Notes under the pieces: generated by a model
Seen by the model: only the letters and a program-made list of their open reading frames with translations
What the model was told of the DNA's origin: nothing
The model's database searches: none
In this document: in pieces, positions 13,520 to 25,799 of the stretch
How positions within the stretch are numbered: position 1 is the stretch's first letter
Layout: each line of letters starts with the position of its first letter
Translations under genes and position numbers: made by a program
From: Lama glama
Lineage: Eukaryota
Reading direction: 5' to 3'
DNA length: 64,000 bases
Assembly (NCBI GenBank): GCA_028534125.1
Contig: CM052817.1
Coordinates: forward strand, 46,502,001-46,566,000

Positions 13520-14680
13520 TAACACATATGATACCAAAAGCACAAGCAACAAAATGAAAGAATAGGTAAATTGGACTTCATCAAAATTAAACAGTTTTGT
13601 GCAGCAAAGGACACTATCAACAGTGAAAAGGCAGCCCACGGAACTGGGAGAAAATATTTGCAAGTTATACATCTGATAAGGGGTTAATATCTGTAATATA
13701 TTCAGAACTCCTACAACTCAACAGCAACAACAACAGAAACAAACATTCAATTAAAAAATAGGCAAAGTACTCAGATAGACATTTCTCCAAAGAAAATACA
13801 CAGATAGCCAGTAAGCACAGGTAAAGATGCTCAGCATCACTAGTCATTAGGAAAATGCAAATCAAACCCAGCTTGAGAAACTATTTTACACCCATGAAGA
13901 CATCTATTGAAAGGAAGAAAGGAAGAAAGAAGAGAGGGGGAAGGAGAGAGAAAGGAAGGAAGGGAAGGAGAGAGAGAGGAAAAGAAATTAAGTATTGGTG
14001 AGAATGTGAAGACACTGAAATCATGGGCATTGCTGGTGGGAAGATAAAATGATGCAGCTGCAGATGAAAACAATATGGTGTTTCCTCAAAAAATAAAAAG
14101 GCCACAACTTCCAGCAATTCCACTTCTGGGTATATTCCCCAAGAATTAAAAGCAGGGACGTGAGCAGATATTTGTACACCAGTTTTCATAGCATTATTCA
14201 CAATTCACATTCATAACATTATTCACAGTAGCCAAAAGGAAGAAAGACCCAAATGTCCATCAACAGGTAAATGGTTAAACAAAATGTGCATACATACAAT
14301 GGAAAATTATTCTTAAAAAGGAAGAAATTCTGACACATGGTACAATAGGGATGAACCTTGAGGACATGATGCAAAGTCACATAAGCCAGTCGCAAAATGA
14401 CAAATGTTTTGTGATTCCACTGATAGTAGGCTTCTAGAGTCATCAAATTCATAGCTACAGAAAAATTAAATGCTGGGTGCCAGAGACTGGAGGAGAAGTA
14501 GGAATGAGGAGAAATTGTCTAATGGGCACATAGTATCAATTTGGGAAGATGAAAAAGTTCTAGAGATATAGTTTCATGATGGTTTCACAACACTATGAGT
14601 ATACTTAATGTCACTGAACTGTAAGCTTAAAAATTGTTAAGATGGTATATTTTGTTATGTATATTTTATCACAATAAACA
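13520..14680 (+). mobile_element. L1 (L1MB-like) ORF2 end + 3'UTR, degenerate
   Basis: ttggacttcatcaaaattaa, acatttctccaaagaa, ccacttctgggtatat, 3' end tatattttatcacaataaa. Confidence 0.88.
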
Positions 14681-15239
14681 ATAAGTTTTTAACACAATAG
14701 GGAATACAGGTGACCCTTAAAAAATAGACAGACAGATGATTATATTTAGATAGATTTATAAACAGATACAGACAGATGGAAGATTTTTAGAATTATATAC
14801 AAATTTCCTAACTTGAAGGGAGAAAAAGGAGGCAAAGAAACAGAGCAGGCTTGAATTCAGACTTATGTTTCATAAGTTGAGAATCCAGTATAGCTTATCC
14901 AAATTCCGTTAACTATTCCTCACCTATGTCTACTCAACATACACTGCCAGACTACTTCTGTCTTGAGCTGCCATATTTCTTGTTTTATAGGCCTTAAAAA
15001 CATCCAAAGGTTATGTTAGAATTGGACTGGAGGACATTCTGAACTGTCAGAGGAGGACATATTTCAAGGGGCAAGTTAAGGAGGTACTGGAAATTCAATC
15101 TCAGTTATTATATCTAAAGAACAAGTGAGGAAATGTCTTTAGGAGGAAAAAGAAATGGCCAGAAGCTGAGAATGCCAATGCAGAGAGCAAGGCAAGAAAA
15201 CATGCGGTTCAAGAAAAGTGGTTTGGTGCTTATATACAT

Positions 15240-15410
15240 ATATATATATGTATATTTATTGAAGTATGGTCAATTTACAATGTTATGTTAGTTTCTGATG
15301 TATAGCATAGTGATTCAGTTATACATGTATATGTATATTCCTTTTCATATTCTTTTTTATCATAGGTTATTACAAGATATTACTATTCAATATCTTGTAA
15401 TAACCTATAA
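15240..15410 (-). mobile_element. Short L1 3' end with fold-back 5' junction
   Basis: L1 3'UTR tail; TSD tggt(g/a)ctta(t/c)ata; 20-bp perfect inverted repeat at 15362-15408. Confidence 0.8.
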
Positions 15411-16440
15411 TGGTACTTACATATTTATTCATCCTGCCGGTATTAGCTTAAGAACTTGGGAAGACTGAGGCTCAGGCTCAGGCCATCTGCTGAGGCAGCT
15501 ACAGGTAGCTGGAGAAAATAGAGTGTAAAGCAGGCAGTCATTAACACTTTGTTCTCTTAATTTCTTTCAGTTCCTGTCTCTATTTTGGTGCATTTCTTTT
15601 AAATTGCACATATTGTAGAATTAAAGGATAATTTGATTTATAAATCATATTTACTAAATTGCACTGTATATTTCTCAACTCTCTCCACCATTCCAGATGC
15701 AAAAAAGTCTAAAACATTGTATTTAACATATGTGGTCCAACACTGATCATCCAATCCTAATCTAAGACATGAACAGAACCATAGGATTAATTAAAGAAGG
15801 AATACCCGTAGTGCTGGCTTTTACTATCAGATAAAAAAAAAAAATTGCTTTGAGGGATTAGTTTTTCAGTCAGTTCTGTGGTCCAAACTGGCAGCCAAAA
15901 GAGTGTGAATTGGAAGTTTCTGTGTTTCAAGATAATTTTAATTATTATGACTCTAGGCAAACCATGTGTTCCCCAGTTTACCACAATTTCTATGGCCTCC
16001 TGTTGATGGCATTTACCTGCTGCATACATTTCTCTAACTTATTTGGTCATCAAATATGATTATCATTATTATGGTAGACCCTTGACATATTTTGAGAAAT
16101 TCGGCAAATTCTCAAACTCCAGCATACTCCAGTAGTAGACCTCAAGGAAGGGAAGACAAGGCTGTACAAATGTTGTTAATGGTCATGTTAGCTCCATCAC
16201 TAACTAAGGGACATGATCCCCACACATCAGCTTCAAAGCCCACGTACCAGGTTCATTGTTGCTGGCTGAAAACTACAAATTACTACTTGCTGTAGGTTTT
16301 TTATTCATTTATTTTTGGCTCCCATCCCGCACTTATTTTTTTAAATAGGTATTCTTAAAGAACAGTTTCAGATTTACAGAAAAATTGAGAAGATATTGCA
16401 GAGAGTTCCCAAACATCCCAAACCCAGTTTCCACTATTAT

Positions 16441-16553
16441 TTTTGGGTGGCAATAATTAAATTTATTTATTTATTTTAATGGAGGTACTGAGGATTGAAC
16501 CCAGAACTTTGTGTGTGCTAAGCATGAACTCTACCACTGAGCTGTACCCTCCC
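16441..16553 (-). mobile_element. Vic-1-like SINE
   Basis: SINE body with TSD actattat. Confidence 0.85.
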
Positions 16554-16624
16554 AACTATTATCAACATCTTACATTTAGCAGGGTACATTTGTTACAATT
16601 AATGAGCCAATATTGATACATTAT

Positions 16625-16976
16625 TGTTGTGGACTGAATGTGACTCCCCAAAATTCATATGTTGATATCCTAACTCCCAATGAAACGGTATTAAGAGGTA
16701 GGGCCTTTGGGAGAAAATCAGATATGAGAGTAGAACCCTCTAGAATAGGATCATTACTGTCGTGAAAAGAGATGTGAGCTTGCTCTGGCTCTCTGCTTCC
16801 TGCCATGTGAGAATACAATCAAAAGTTGGCAGACTGCAAAGAGGAAGATGCTCACTAGAACCCAATCATGCTGGTACAGATTTCCAGCCTCTAGAACTGT
16901 AAGAAATAAATGTCTGTTTTTTTTTAATAAACCACCCAGTCCATGGTACTTTTAAATAGCAGCCCAAACTAAGACA
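16625..16976 (+). mobile_element. MaLR solo LTR (MLT1A-like)
   Basis: tgttgtggactgaatgt...ccccaaaattcatatgttga ... atagcagcccaaactaagaca. Confidence 0.88.
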
Positions 16977-19150
16977 AATAATATTAAACAAAGTCCATAC
17001 TTTATTCAGATTTTCATAGATTTTACCTAATGTCTTTTTTATGTCCTAGAATCAATCCAGGACACATTGCATTTAGTTGTCATGTCTCCTTAGACTCCTC
17101 TGAGATGTAGTAGTTTCCCAGAATGTCCTTGTTTAAGATGACCTTGACAGTTCTGAGGAGCACTGGTCAGGTACTTTGCAGAATGCTTCTCTATTGGAAT
17201 TTGTCTCATGTATTTCTCAGTATTAGACAGGAATTTTAGGAGGAAAACCACAGAGGTAATGTGCCATTCTATCAACGATTTATCACCGTGTTGTTGACCT
17301 TGGCTGATGTACTGGTCTTCAGGTTTCTCTACTATGAACTTGCTCTTCTTCTTCTCCCTTCTGTACTATGTTCTGTGGAATGAAGACACTCTGCACCGCT
17401 CCCACTTCAGGAGGGCATAGTTATGCTTCACCTTGGGGAAGAAGTATCTATGTAAATTATTTGGAATTCTTCTACATGAAAGGTTTGTCTCTTCTACATT
17501 TATTTATTTACTCAATGATTCGTATCAGTATAGACTCATGAGTATTTGCTCTAGGTTTTGAGTTATAATATACTACTTTATTTGTTCTCAACTTATTCCA
17601 GCTTTGGCCATTGTTCCAGCTTTCAGTTGGCCCCTGTTCCTCTGTGGTATACCCTCACCAATTTTTTTTGGAGAAAAGCACTTTCTTACTTTATGTTGAT
17701 GGAAGATGCTCACAACTCATCTTGTATGTTTCCTTCCCCAGTCTCCTGATGAGACATTCCTCCAAGGAGCACTGTTCTGTTTTACTGGAAAATGGTTTTA
17801 GAAACCAAGATCTGGATGCAAGGTGTGCTTGTGGCTGCTGGAGTGTCATTGCTTCTTGGGCCTCTCAGCTGACAAAGGAAAGAAGTATGTCTGTGTGTAC
17901 TAACCTGTTTATATACACATATACACATATCCATAAGTATTTCTATATGTATCCATTTGTATCTATATTCAGCTAAACACGAATTCATACTGATGTCTCC
18001 AACTCTAATTCATTACTACATGGATTATTTTTGCTTCCTCCCCTTGCTTATCTGAAAATTTATACTGTAACGGTGAGGAACCTGGCTCCAATTATTAGCG
18101 ATCCATTTACTTTTGCTCAATTTAATTGTTCAGTTAGGGGGTGTAGCAATATCAAAATTGTCAACACATACTCCTTTCTGCCATAGATTTTTCAGGAGTC
18201 AAAATGTCAAAAGTTAAAATCTGTAAAAGCTAATGTACAATATTATATGTAAAGCAAGTATAAAAATGGCATTTATTCTGTTCCAAATAAATCCACACAG
18301 AGCATACCATATTTTTGTCAGAGTTCATGTATCTTTGTTTACTAAAAACTCTGCTCAAATTTTTAAATAATTGGAGAAGGTATAGATTTAAAAAACCACA
18401 CAGCTTATATAAAATTTATGTAACATTACATATGGATGGTATTATTTCAATTCAGAATTTTTTTCATATTATCACAAAGGCCTCATTCAAGTTTTACAGG
18501 AAGATTTTGTAAATATGAGATTTTCTTTCATTATCCAGATATAAATTTGTAAATGGGATCAATAGTAAAATTCCACTTAAGAAAATTTTGGAATGAGCTG
18601 TTTACAAAGCATGACTGGCATATACTAGAGAAGAATAAAACAAGTGTTGAAAGTTGGTGGAGGGATGATTCACATATGTCATGAGGATGCTGCTCGAGAC
18701 CTCTGAGACCTGAGAAGAAACAAGTTTTCACTTTAGTAAAACATGCCTTACACAGGATCCCTGTAAAGGGGCATGCTGAGTGCCTTTGGAAGCGTAAAGA
18801 AGAAATCTAGGCAGAGATGCAGAGATGGCTACCTACAGAATGCTTTCCCATGGACATATCTTTTCGGGGAACCCTGAAAATATAAATGTAAAAGCATTTT
18901 GAAGAGCATGGGATGAATGGCAGAAGATTAATTTAGGATGTAGAATCACATCATAACATGATTTAAATATGAGCTTAATCATGCCCTATGAAACAGAATT
19001 TCTAGTTACATTAAAAGCTTACCTTTAGCCCCAGCACCATGATCCTGCACAAAGCTATCAGAATATTCCTCTAGATAAATTCTGAAGCAAACCTGGAGTG
19101 GAAATATCTATGACTGTTTCCCCATCTTAATTTTCCAACATGCTGTGCTT

Positions 19151-19279
19151 TTTGTGGGGGTGGGGAATAGTAATTAGGTTTACTTATTTATTTATTTAGA
19201 GAAGGTCCTGGGGATTGAACCCAGGACCTCGTGCATGTTAAGCATGCACTCTGCCACTTAAACTATACTCTCCCCACTT
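19151..19279 (-). mobile_element. Vic-1-like SINE
   Basis: SINE body; TSD catgct(g/a)tgctt at 19139-19150 and 19280-19291. Confidence 0.9.
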
Positions 19280-19414
19280 CATGCTATGCTTCTAAGTCCA
19301 TTTATCATTTTACCAAATAATGTTAAAAAGTCTTGTAACAATAGTATTTATCCAACTTGATTTTGATCTATGGGAATGCAAAGAACATACAAAGCCTTCT
19401 TTCTCCACTGATTA

Positions 19415-21329
19415 AGAGTTGAGTTCTTGGACTCTTAAGTATCTTTTGGAGAATTTCTGATTGCCCCCACTGTAAATCTTGTGGGAAGTAATAAGCCTGC
19501 TCTTTACTCTGTTACATGGAAAAATTTCCTATTTGTTGTCTGTTATCTTTGCAAATTCAGCTGGTGGTTAACAAACTTGGGACAACTGCTGTTTGATGGT
19601 CTTTTTAAGTGGGTAATTGAGAAATTGTTATCTTAAGTTTTTTTCCCTTATTGCAAGGTTAATGCAGTCTTAAGCAACTTTTCTTAGCTGTATTACTACC
19701 ATAAGCAAAAAGCAAAATAGTTTTTCATCCTTTCTTCTGAAGTTTTCAAGCATAACCTGGCCTGCTTGACCAAATAGATCTATTACAGTAAAAAATAATT
19801 ATTTACTCACTTATTAAATCTTGAAAGAAAAGATTTTGCTTAGGTAACTTCAAGCTATAAATCTATTTTTTGATTCATGTCTAGCAAACATAAGAGCAAT
19901 TATGAAAATTACTTGATTTGTATGTTGTATGTACAATGTATGTGTCATAGTATTTTACACTTAATTCAACTTTTGAGGTGAACCCTTCATTATTATCTCT
20001 CCACATTTTTTTACTTTATGTATGTGTATCTCTATACTTACATTCATGTTTCTACTTGGAAAATTTGATTTATAATTTGTTATATACACAAATAGATTAA
20101 ATGTATGGATAATAGATTTTATGCTCAACTTTGTGTCTGTCTATACAAATAAATTTTGTGTCTATATATGTAATTTTATTAATATTGTGGAAGCAAAATG
20201 AAACAAATTTTCAATTCAGCAAATTTACTGACTTTTTCTTTGCTCTCACTCTTGTTCTCACGTTTTCTCTCTCTCGTTTTCATTTTTCATTTTTGGCTTG
20301 TTTACATGACACTTAATCTGCAATTTGATCCACTTAATTGCCTTTTCAATGGAATAATTTGCTGTCTTATAAGACAGGGACAATACACATGAGAGCATGA
20401 GGAAAATCATTTGGCATATTTTAAAAGTGATAAAAATGAAATTAAGAGGTTGATATTTTAAAAATATATTTGTTATTAAGATTCACCAGATTGGTGCACA
20501 TGTCTTCACTTTGCCTTCAGGGTTGAACATTGATCATATTAAAGATGGGTATTTAACACATTAAAAGGTTTTGTGTAAGATTGGGAGTTTATTGATGATT
20601 CAGTCTCCAAATGCCATTAAAAAGTCCCCAAGATCATACTTCTGAGTTGCTTTTTATGGCTTCCCATTTCTTTTTAGGAGACCCAGGAAGAAGAATGGTT
20701 TATAATGTTGGTGATTTTAAATAAAGGTAATTGGAATTCTTTAGAAGTTTTCAATCCCAAATCTAAGCCCTTTAGAGCTTTCCATAGTTCATTTAGCATA
20801 TCTTTATCTGTTAACACTTGTTCTGTTTCAAGCCAAACACCAGTCATACTGAAATTCTTTCACTTCTCAGATCACAGAAATTACTTCTCCCCTGCCTTCT
20901 AGCCCACTCTTCCCCCCGGTCCTTCTTCCCTTTGGCTGGCTAACTCCTACTCATCTTTCAGACTCTGGCTTAGATTTTCTCAGGGAAACCTAGGCCACTT
21001 AGCTTTGATAACTCCTTGCTAACTGTTTCTGAAGACCCCTGTATCTCTCCTATTATCATTTTATTAAAATGATTTGTTCGTTATCTTGTTTTACTCACTA
21101 TGAATGCAATCCACAAGATGAGAGACTGCAAAGGGGAGGAGGACAAGGGCACTGAAATTCCAAGAGAAGAATATGGAAATGAAATGAATTTGCAAAGATA
21201 GCAGACAACAAATAGGATTTTTTTCCATGTAACAGAGTAAAGAGCAGGCTTATTACTTCCCACAAGATTTACAGTTGGGGCAATCAGAAATTCTCCAAAA
21301 GATACTTAAGAGTCAAAGAACTCAACTCT
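19415..21329. repeat. 145-bp inverted repeat (arms 19415-19559 and 21185-21329, spacer 1625 bp)
   Basis: Manual alignment: 5 mismatches in 145 nt, no gaps. Confidence 0.95.
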
Positions 21330-22602
21330 GTGGGAAAAGAGCCCCACAACACAGCCTGGGAAGGACTCCAGGCAGGGAGAAGTTACCCTCAGTGGGAAAT
21401 AATGATTCTAGAAGCAATGAACACCAGGGCCGAATTTTCAGTTGGTTCTTCCTTGTGCATCGCTCACAAATCTTTAATTAATTCTATTATGCTGCACACT
21501 TTTGTGTTAATGTGCATTGGGAATTAGAAAAGACAATGGATTTTGTACCATATTACTGATAGATAATGTTGACTCAGAGAAAAAAATGGCAGTTACAGGA
21601 ACCCAGAGTGATTGTAAGGAGTTAAAGAAACAGGAAAAGTAGATTGCAATGTGAACTAACAAGTGTGAAAATGAAAGAGGACTCTCCTCCTCACTTTACA
21701 TTGTGGAACTTTAAAAAAAAAAAAAGTGGACTTAAAATACCCAGCAGCAATAGTAAATGAGCTGGGAGGTGGATAAATGTCAAAGTTCTAAGATCCTTGT
21801 TTGTTGAGTAGGAATGTAAAATTAAGAGTTGGTAAATTGAATTTCTTGAAACTGTGGATTATTATTTTTCATCATTTCTAAGAAGTTTTCAGCCACTGTC
21901 ACTTCAAATATTGTCTCTGACCTTTCCTCTCTTGTCTGCTTATAAAAATCCAATTGGACATCAAAAAGACCTTATTCCGTCTCCTCCATGTCTTGTCTTG
22001 TCTTTTCTTTTCCCAATTTACTACCTCTTTATCTCTCTGATATAAATTCCAAGTGAAGTTCTTTGGGTTTATTTCCTAATTCCCGTTTCTTTTCAGCTGT
22101 ATCTAAGCTGTTATAAAACATCCACTGAGGTTTTCAGTTATATTGCGTTTTTACTTTTAAGAGTTTTGTTTGATTTGTTTTCAAATATACTTGGTCTTTA
22201 ATCATATTTTAAATTTGTTTGCCTCAAATGTGTCAGTATTCCTCAATTAGCTGAGAATTGCCTTGTAATGTGTACCCCCTCCCTCTTTCACTGAGTGTAC
22301 AGCTGAGTTAGGCTGTACAGGCCCCTGGGCTATCTGTTGAAAATCTGAAGTCACCTCTATTAGCAAAATGGTATACAGTGGGGAGTTGAGAAAATTCCCA
22401 TCATTCTATGGAAAAGACTACTGATTGTAACCCATCTTTGGAAAGGAGTTATACTTTTCCACAAATAAAATCTTGTAATTTTCCACACAGCATATAAATA
22501 TGATTATCATTATTACGCAATGTAGTATATATATGCATTTATGTTTTTTAAATCAAAATATGACTTTTAATATAAAAAAAGAAAACAACAAATCTTAAAA
22601 CT

Positions 22603-22652
22603 ACAAAGAAAGACAAAGACAACCTCAGATGACTTTGACAATGAATTTTATT
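22603..22652 (-). terminator. CXCL8 polyadenylation signal AATAAA (22647-22652) with downstream GU/U-rich element; cleavage near 22630
   Basis: Minus strand AATAAAattcattgtcaaagtc followed by ttgtctttgtctttctttgt. Confidence 0.75.
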
Positions 22653-22919
22653 TTAAATATTCTATAGTTACATTCATCTTTTCACACTATCAAAAACAAT
22701 AGAACGAGTCTCTTTGGGAACACATAAAAGCATCTTAAAGTCAAAAAATAAAGTTGATGTTAAAATATACAATAATTTAAATAAAATTATGAGAATCTAA
22801 TTGCTCAGAATAAATAAGAATTAGCAAGAAATTATTGTCTGGTGAATTTTTGCTATTTTGAGAAAATAGTCCTAACTCAGGATTCGGGTGATTCAACACA
22901 GCACTGCATAATAAGGCTT

Positions 22920-23089
22920 GCAGTGACCAGACCAGAAGTATCAAATGTAAGATTGCCAGTTCAATTAAAATTTCAGATAAATAGTGATGTACTTATACTA
23001 GCAAATTATTCATTGCTTATCAGAAGGGAAAATTAGCTGGGTGCCCTGTTTGTTTGCTTTGTTTTTTAATTTGCTAAATCTGGCAACTA
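22920..23089. mobile_element. MER53-like hAT MITE, internally deleted, in the CXCL8 3'UTR
   Basis: ccagttcaattaaaatttcagataaa...tacttatactag...tttgctaaatctggcaacta. Confidence 0.75.
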
Positions 23090-23250
23090 TGGTCATATTA
23101 TAACAACCTTGAACAAAATAGGTCTGTAATTCAACATCACTTAATACCTAAAATAAATATAAATTCACTACCATCATTATACTATCTTATTAATGTTGCT
23201 TCTTTCCCATTTCTCCAAATTTGTGCACAAACATTACTATATTTGATGCT

Positions 23251-23275
23251 TAAATAAATACATAAATAATAAATA
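23251..23275 (-). promoter_or_regulatory. AU-rich element core of the CXCL8 3'UTR
   Basis: Minus strand reads TATTTATTATTTATGTATTTATTTA (four ATTTA), ~490 nt after the stop codon. Confidence 0.88.
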
Positions 23276-23453
23276 GGTGAATAAGTTACACTTGAAAATA
23301 ATTTACTTGACTCTGCATTAAAGTTAAAGTGCTTCCAGCTACATGCCCCTACATCTCTGTAAGGTAGGATGGTGGCTGAAACTTATTCTCCATAAAGAAT
23401 AAAGAAGAGTGAGGCACATTTGAAGAGAGACACGTGAATCCTGGCCAGCAGAC

Positions 23454-23655
23454 GAGGGTTGCAGGAAGTGATACAATAACAAAAACAAGAATAGGATTTC
23501 CAGCTAAATTTGAACTTATCATAAACAATGAATAATTTTTAAAATATAAGTGTGTCCTAGATGGAACAATGTACATGGGACATTGAAAAAATATTCATAA
23601 TTTTACTTAATATTCAAATATAGCTGGGCATCCTGTATTTTATCTGGCAACCCTG
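23454..23655. mobile_element. MER53-like hAT MITE, near full length, in the CXCL8 3'UTR
   Basis: TIRs agggttgc...gcaaccct, palindromic body, 8-bp TSD cagcagac/caccagac. Confidence 0.85.
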
Positions 23656-23763
23656 CACCAGACCCACAGTACATAAGGCACTGAAGTAGATTTGTTTGAA
23701 GTTTCATTGGCATCTTCACTGAGGAATTCTTGGAAGCCATGGAGAATGGGTTTTAGGGTGTTT

Positions 23764-23785
23764 TCATGGATTTTGCTTCTCAGCT
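23764..23785 (-). CDS. CXCL8: CXCL8 exon 4 coding part (AEKQNP-stop)
   Basis: Acceptor tttattttcag|, TGA at 23766-23764. Confidence 0.95.
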
Positions 23786-25693
23786 CTGAAAATAAATAAA
23801 ATAAAAAATGTTTAAATGAACAATGTTTTAATAAGGAGGGATGTATGATTCTTAAAAATATATTTAATATAGAGATTAATAGTCTTATATATCCATTTTT
23901 TAGAAATACTCTACATTTTCAACTATAAATGACCAGATATGTTGTCATCTAAGCCAGAACCTTCTGCGATCGAGGGAGCCAAGCACAGGCATAAACCCAT
24001 ACTTCCCCAGACAAACTGAGGTGTGTGGCCTTCCCAGGCATGAGTACAACAGACTCACTATTGCTGCTATTTTTTTTTTAATCAAAGAAGCAGATACTTA
24101 AAAGATAAAATTTTCAGCAGCAGCACAAAATTTATAGGCTGACTTTTGGACTCTATGTCATAGGATAAATGAGGAATCTAAATTAAAAACCAACAAACAA
24201 ACTTACCTCTTCAAAAATATCTCCACAACCTTCTGCACCCACTTTTCCTTGGGATTCAGGCAGACCTCTCTTCCATTGGCAAGCTTAACACTGAAATGAG
24301 AGATGACTAAAATCAATGTTTAGTAGATTTCAAACATTCTTGTGCCATTCAAATCATGGGTCCCTAAGTACAGGCATAAAATCTAAGTCTAAACCAATGT
24401 TCAGCGATGAGTCATGGAAGATACCATATTTAAATGCCACGCAGACAAATAATTTTTCTTTTCTGTTTTGCTCACTATGTATTCCTAACACCTAGAACTT
24501 TGTCAGATTCTTCCATCTTCCTCATCTTCAGTTTGTTAAAGTAAAATATCTAATCATTTTTGAGATTACTTACATGATTTCTGTATTTTCACAGTGAGGT
24601 CCACTCTCAATCACTCTTAGTTCTTTGATAAATTTGGGGTGGAAAGGTGTGGAGTGTGTATTTATGCATTGGCATCGAAGTTCTGAACTCAGTCTTGACA
24701 GAACTGCAGCTGTGGAAAAAAAAGTAATTAAGAATTGATCTCATGAACAGGCACGCCTCTGCTAGCCACGCCCTTGTTAATTCCAATGCAATTATTTGGT
24801 GACCGTGTGTTTGGTAAACATCACATCTTTAGCAAAATTACTTCTGAAATTGATGGCTGGATATTCTTTAAGATCCTGAGCCCAGTCTTTCTCTTTGTTT
24901 TAAAAATAGACATTTCTAACAACACTAGATTACATAAAGACTTGGAGTAGTCTCTGAGCAATGTTGACATCCTCGTGGTACTTTTTCTTTTACTTGACAT
25001 TGCATAATCCTCTGTGTTACCACAGTGCTATTTATGGTAGAACAGGGAAATTGCCTTCAGAAAGAGTTAACAGAAATATGTAAGTGGGTTGCACAGAGAT
25101 TGTCCTATATTTTAGCAAAATCCTTAATGCTTTAGAGAAAACATACATATATGAACTATATACTATGAACGTTCTAAATTGTGTTTGTTTCATAAGAGGG
25201 ATCCCAACAAGATCTATAATCTGTCAGGGTGACTTTAAGCCAAAGAGCAACTGAAGCTTGTCAATAAAATAGTACATGGAGTAGAATTACCTGAGTTACC
25301 CTATTCAGTATTAATAGATAATAGGGGTAACTGTGGCCTCCAGTAAGATACACCCTAAATTATAAACTTAGTTAAATATATATATATACTACAGAGTATG
25401 AATGATAGGAACAGAATGTCTATATAAATCAAACTTTATACTTTTCTAAATATTGTATAGATCCTACTTAAAAAATTAAAACTTCAATTCAACATTGAAT
25501 GACTGCAAAGATGGTTTCCTTGTCCTGAATAAAAAGGAGGCTTGTCATCAAAGCATTAAAGATAATCTTGCTATCTGAGGATCACATTTAGACACAGGAA
25601 AACTCTGTAGATCAGAACAGTATGCTTACCTTCACACACAGCTGCAGAAATCAAGAAAGCTGCCAAGAGAGCAACAGCCAGCTTGGAAGTCAT
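23764..25693 (-). CDS. CXCL8: C-X-C motif chemokine 8 / interleukin-8, 4-exon spliced CDS, 101 aa: [101 protein letters not shown]
   Basis: Manual minus-strand translation. Exons of 64+136+84+22 = 306 nt, all with GT-AG introns, give an open frame with the IL-8 signal peptide, ELR-CQC motif and four cysteines. Confidence 0.98.
23925..24036. mobile_element. Possible MER94/MER81-like hAT remnant in CXCL8 intron 3
   Basis: tgaccagatat...catctaagcc...caggcataaacc...caaactgaggtgtgtggcc weakly resembles the recalled consensus. Confidence 0.35.
24207..24290 (-). CDS. CXCL8: CXCL8 exon 3 ([28 protein letters not shown])
   Basis: Acceptor catttcag|, donor GAG|gtaagt, 84 nt. Confidence 0.98.
24574..24709 (-). 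CDS. CXCL8: CXCL8 exon 2 ([15 protein letters not shown]...[10 protein letters not shown])
   Basis: Acceptor ttttccacag|, donor |gtaagt, 136 nt, carries the ELR-CXC motif. Confidence 0.98.
25630..25693 (-). CDS. CXCL8: CXCL8 exon 1 coding part (signal peptide [21 protein letters not shown])
   Basis: ATG at 25693 in context gtaaacATG; donor GAAG|gtaagc. Confidence 0.98.
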
Positions 25694-25799
25694 GTTTACA
25701 CAGAGTGTGTCCTTTGTGGCTTCTTACTGGCTCTTGTCCTAGACGCTTGTGAGCTCTGCTGTCCCAGAGGACCTGTGTTGGACAGAGAGCTCCTGTGGC

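Larger units (their letters stand above)
16340..18170 (-). mobile_element. L1MC-like 3'UTR, interrupted by a SINE and an MLT1
   Basis: aacagtttcagatttacagaaaaattg...aacatcttacat...aagtccatactttattcagatt is collinear across both insertions. Confidence 0.75.

Noticed and set aside
19415..21329. Interpretation as a DNA transposon with 145-bp TIRs
   Set aside because: No TSD and no transposase remnant; the spacer contains older L2-like sequence
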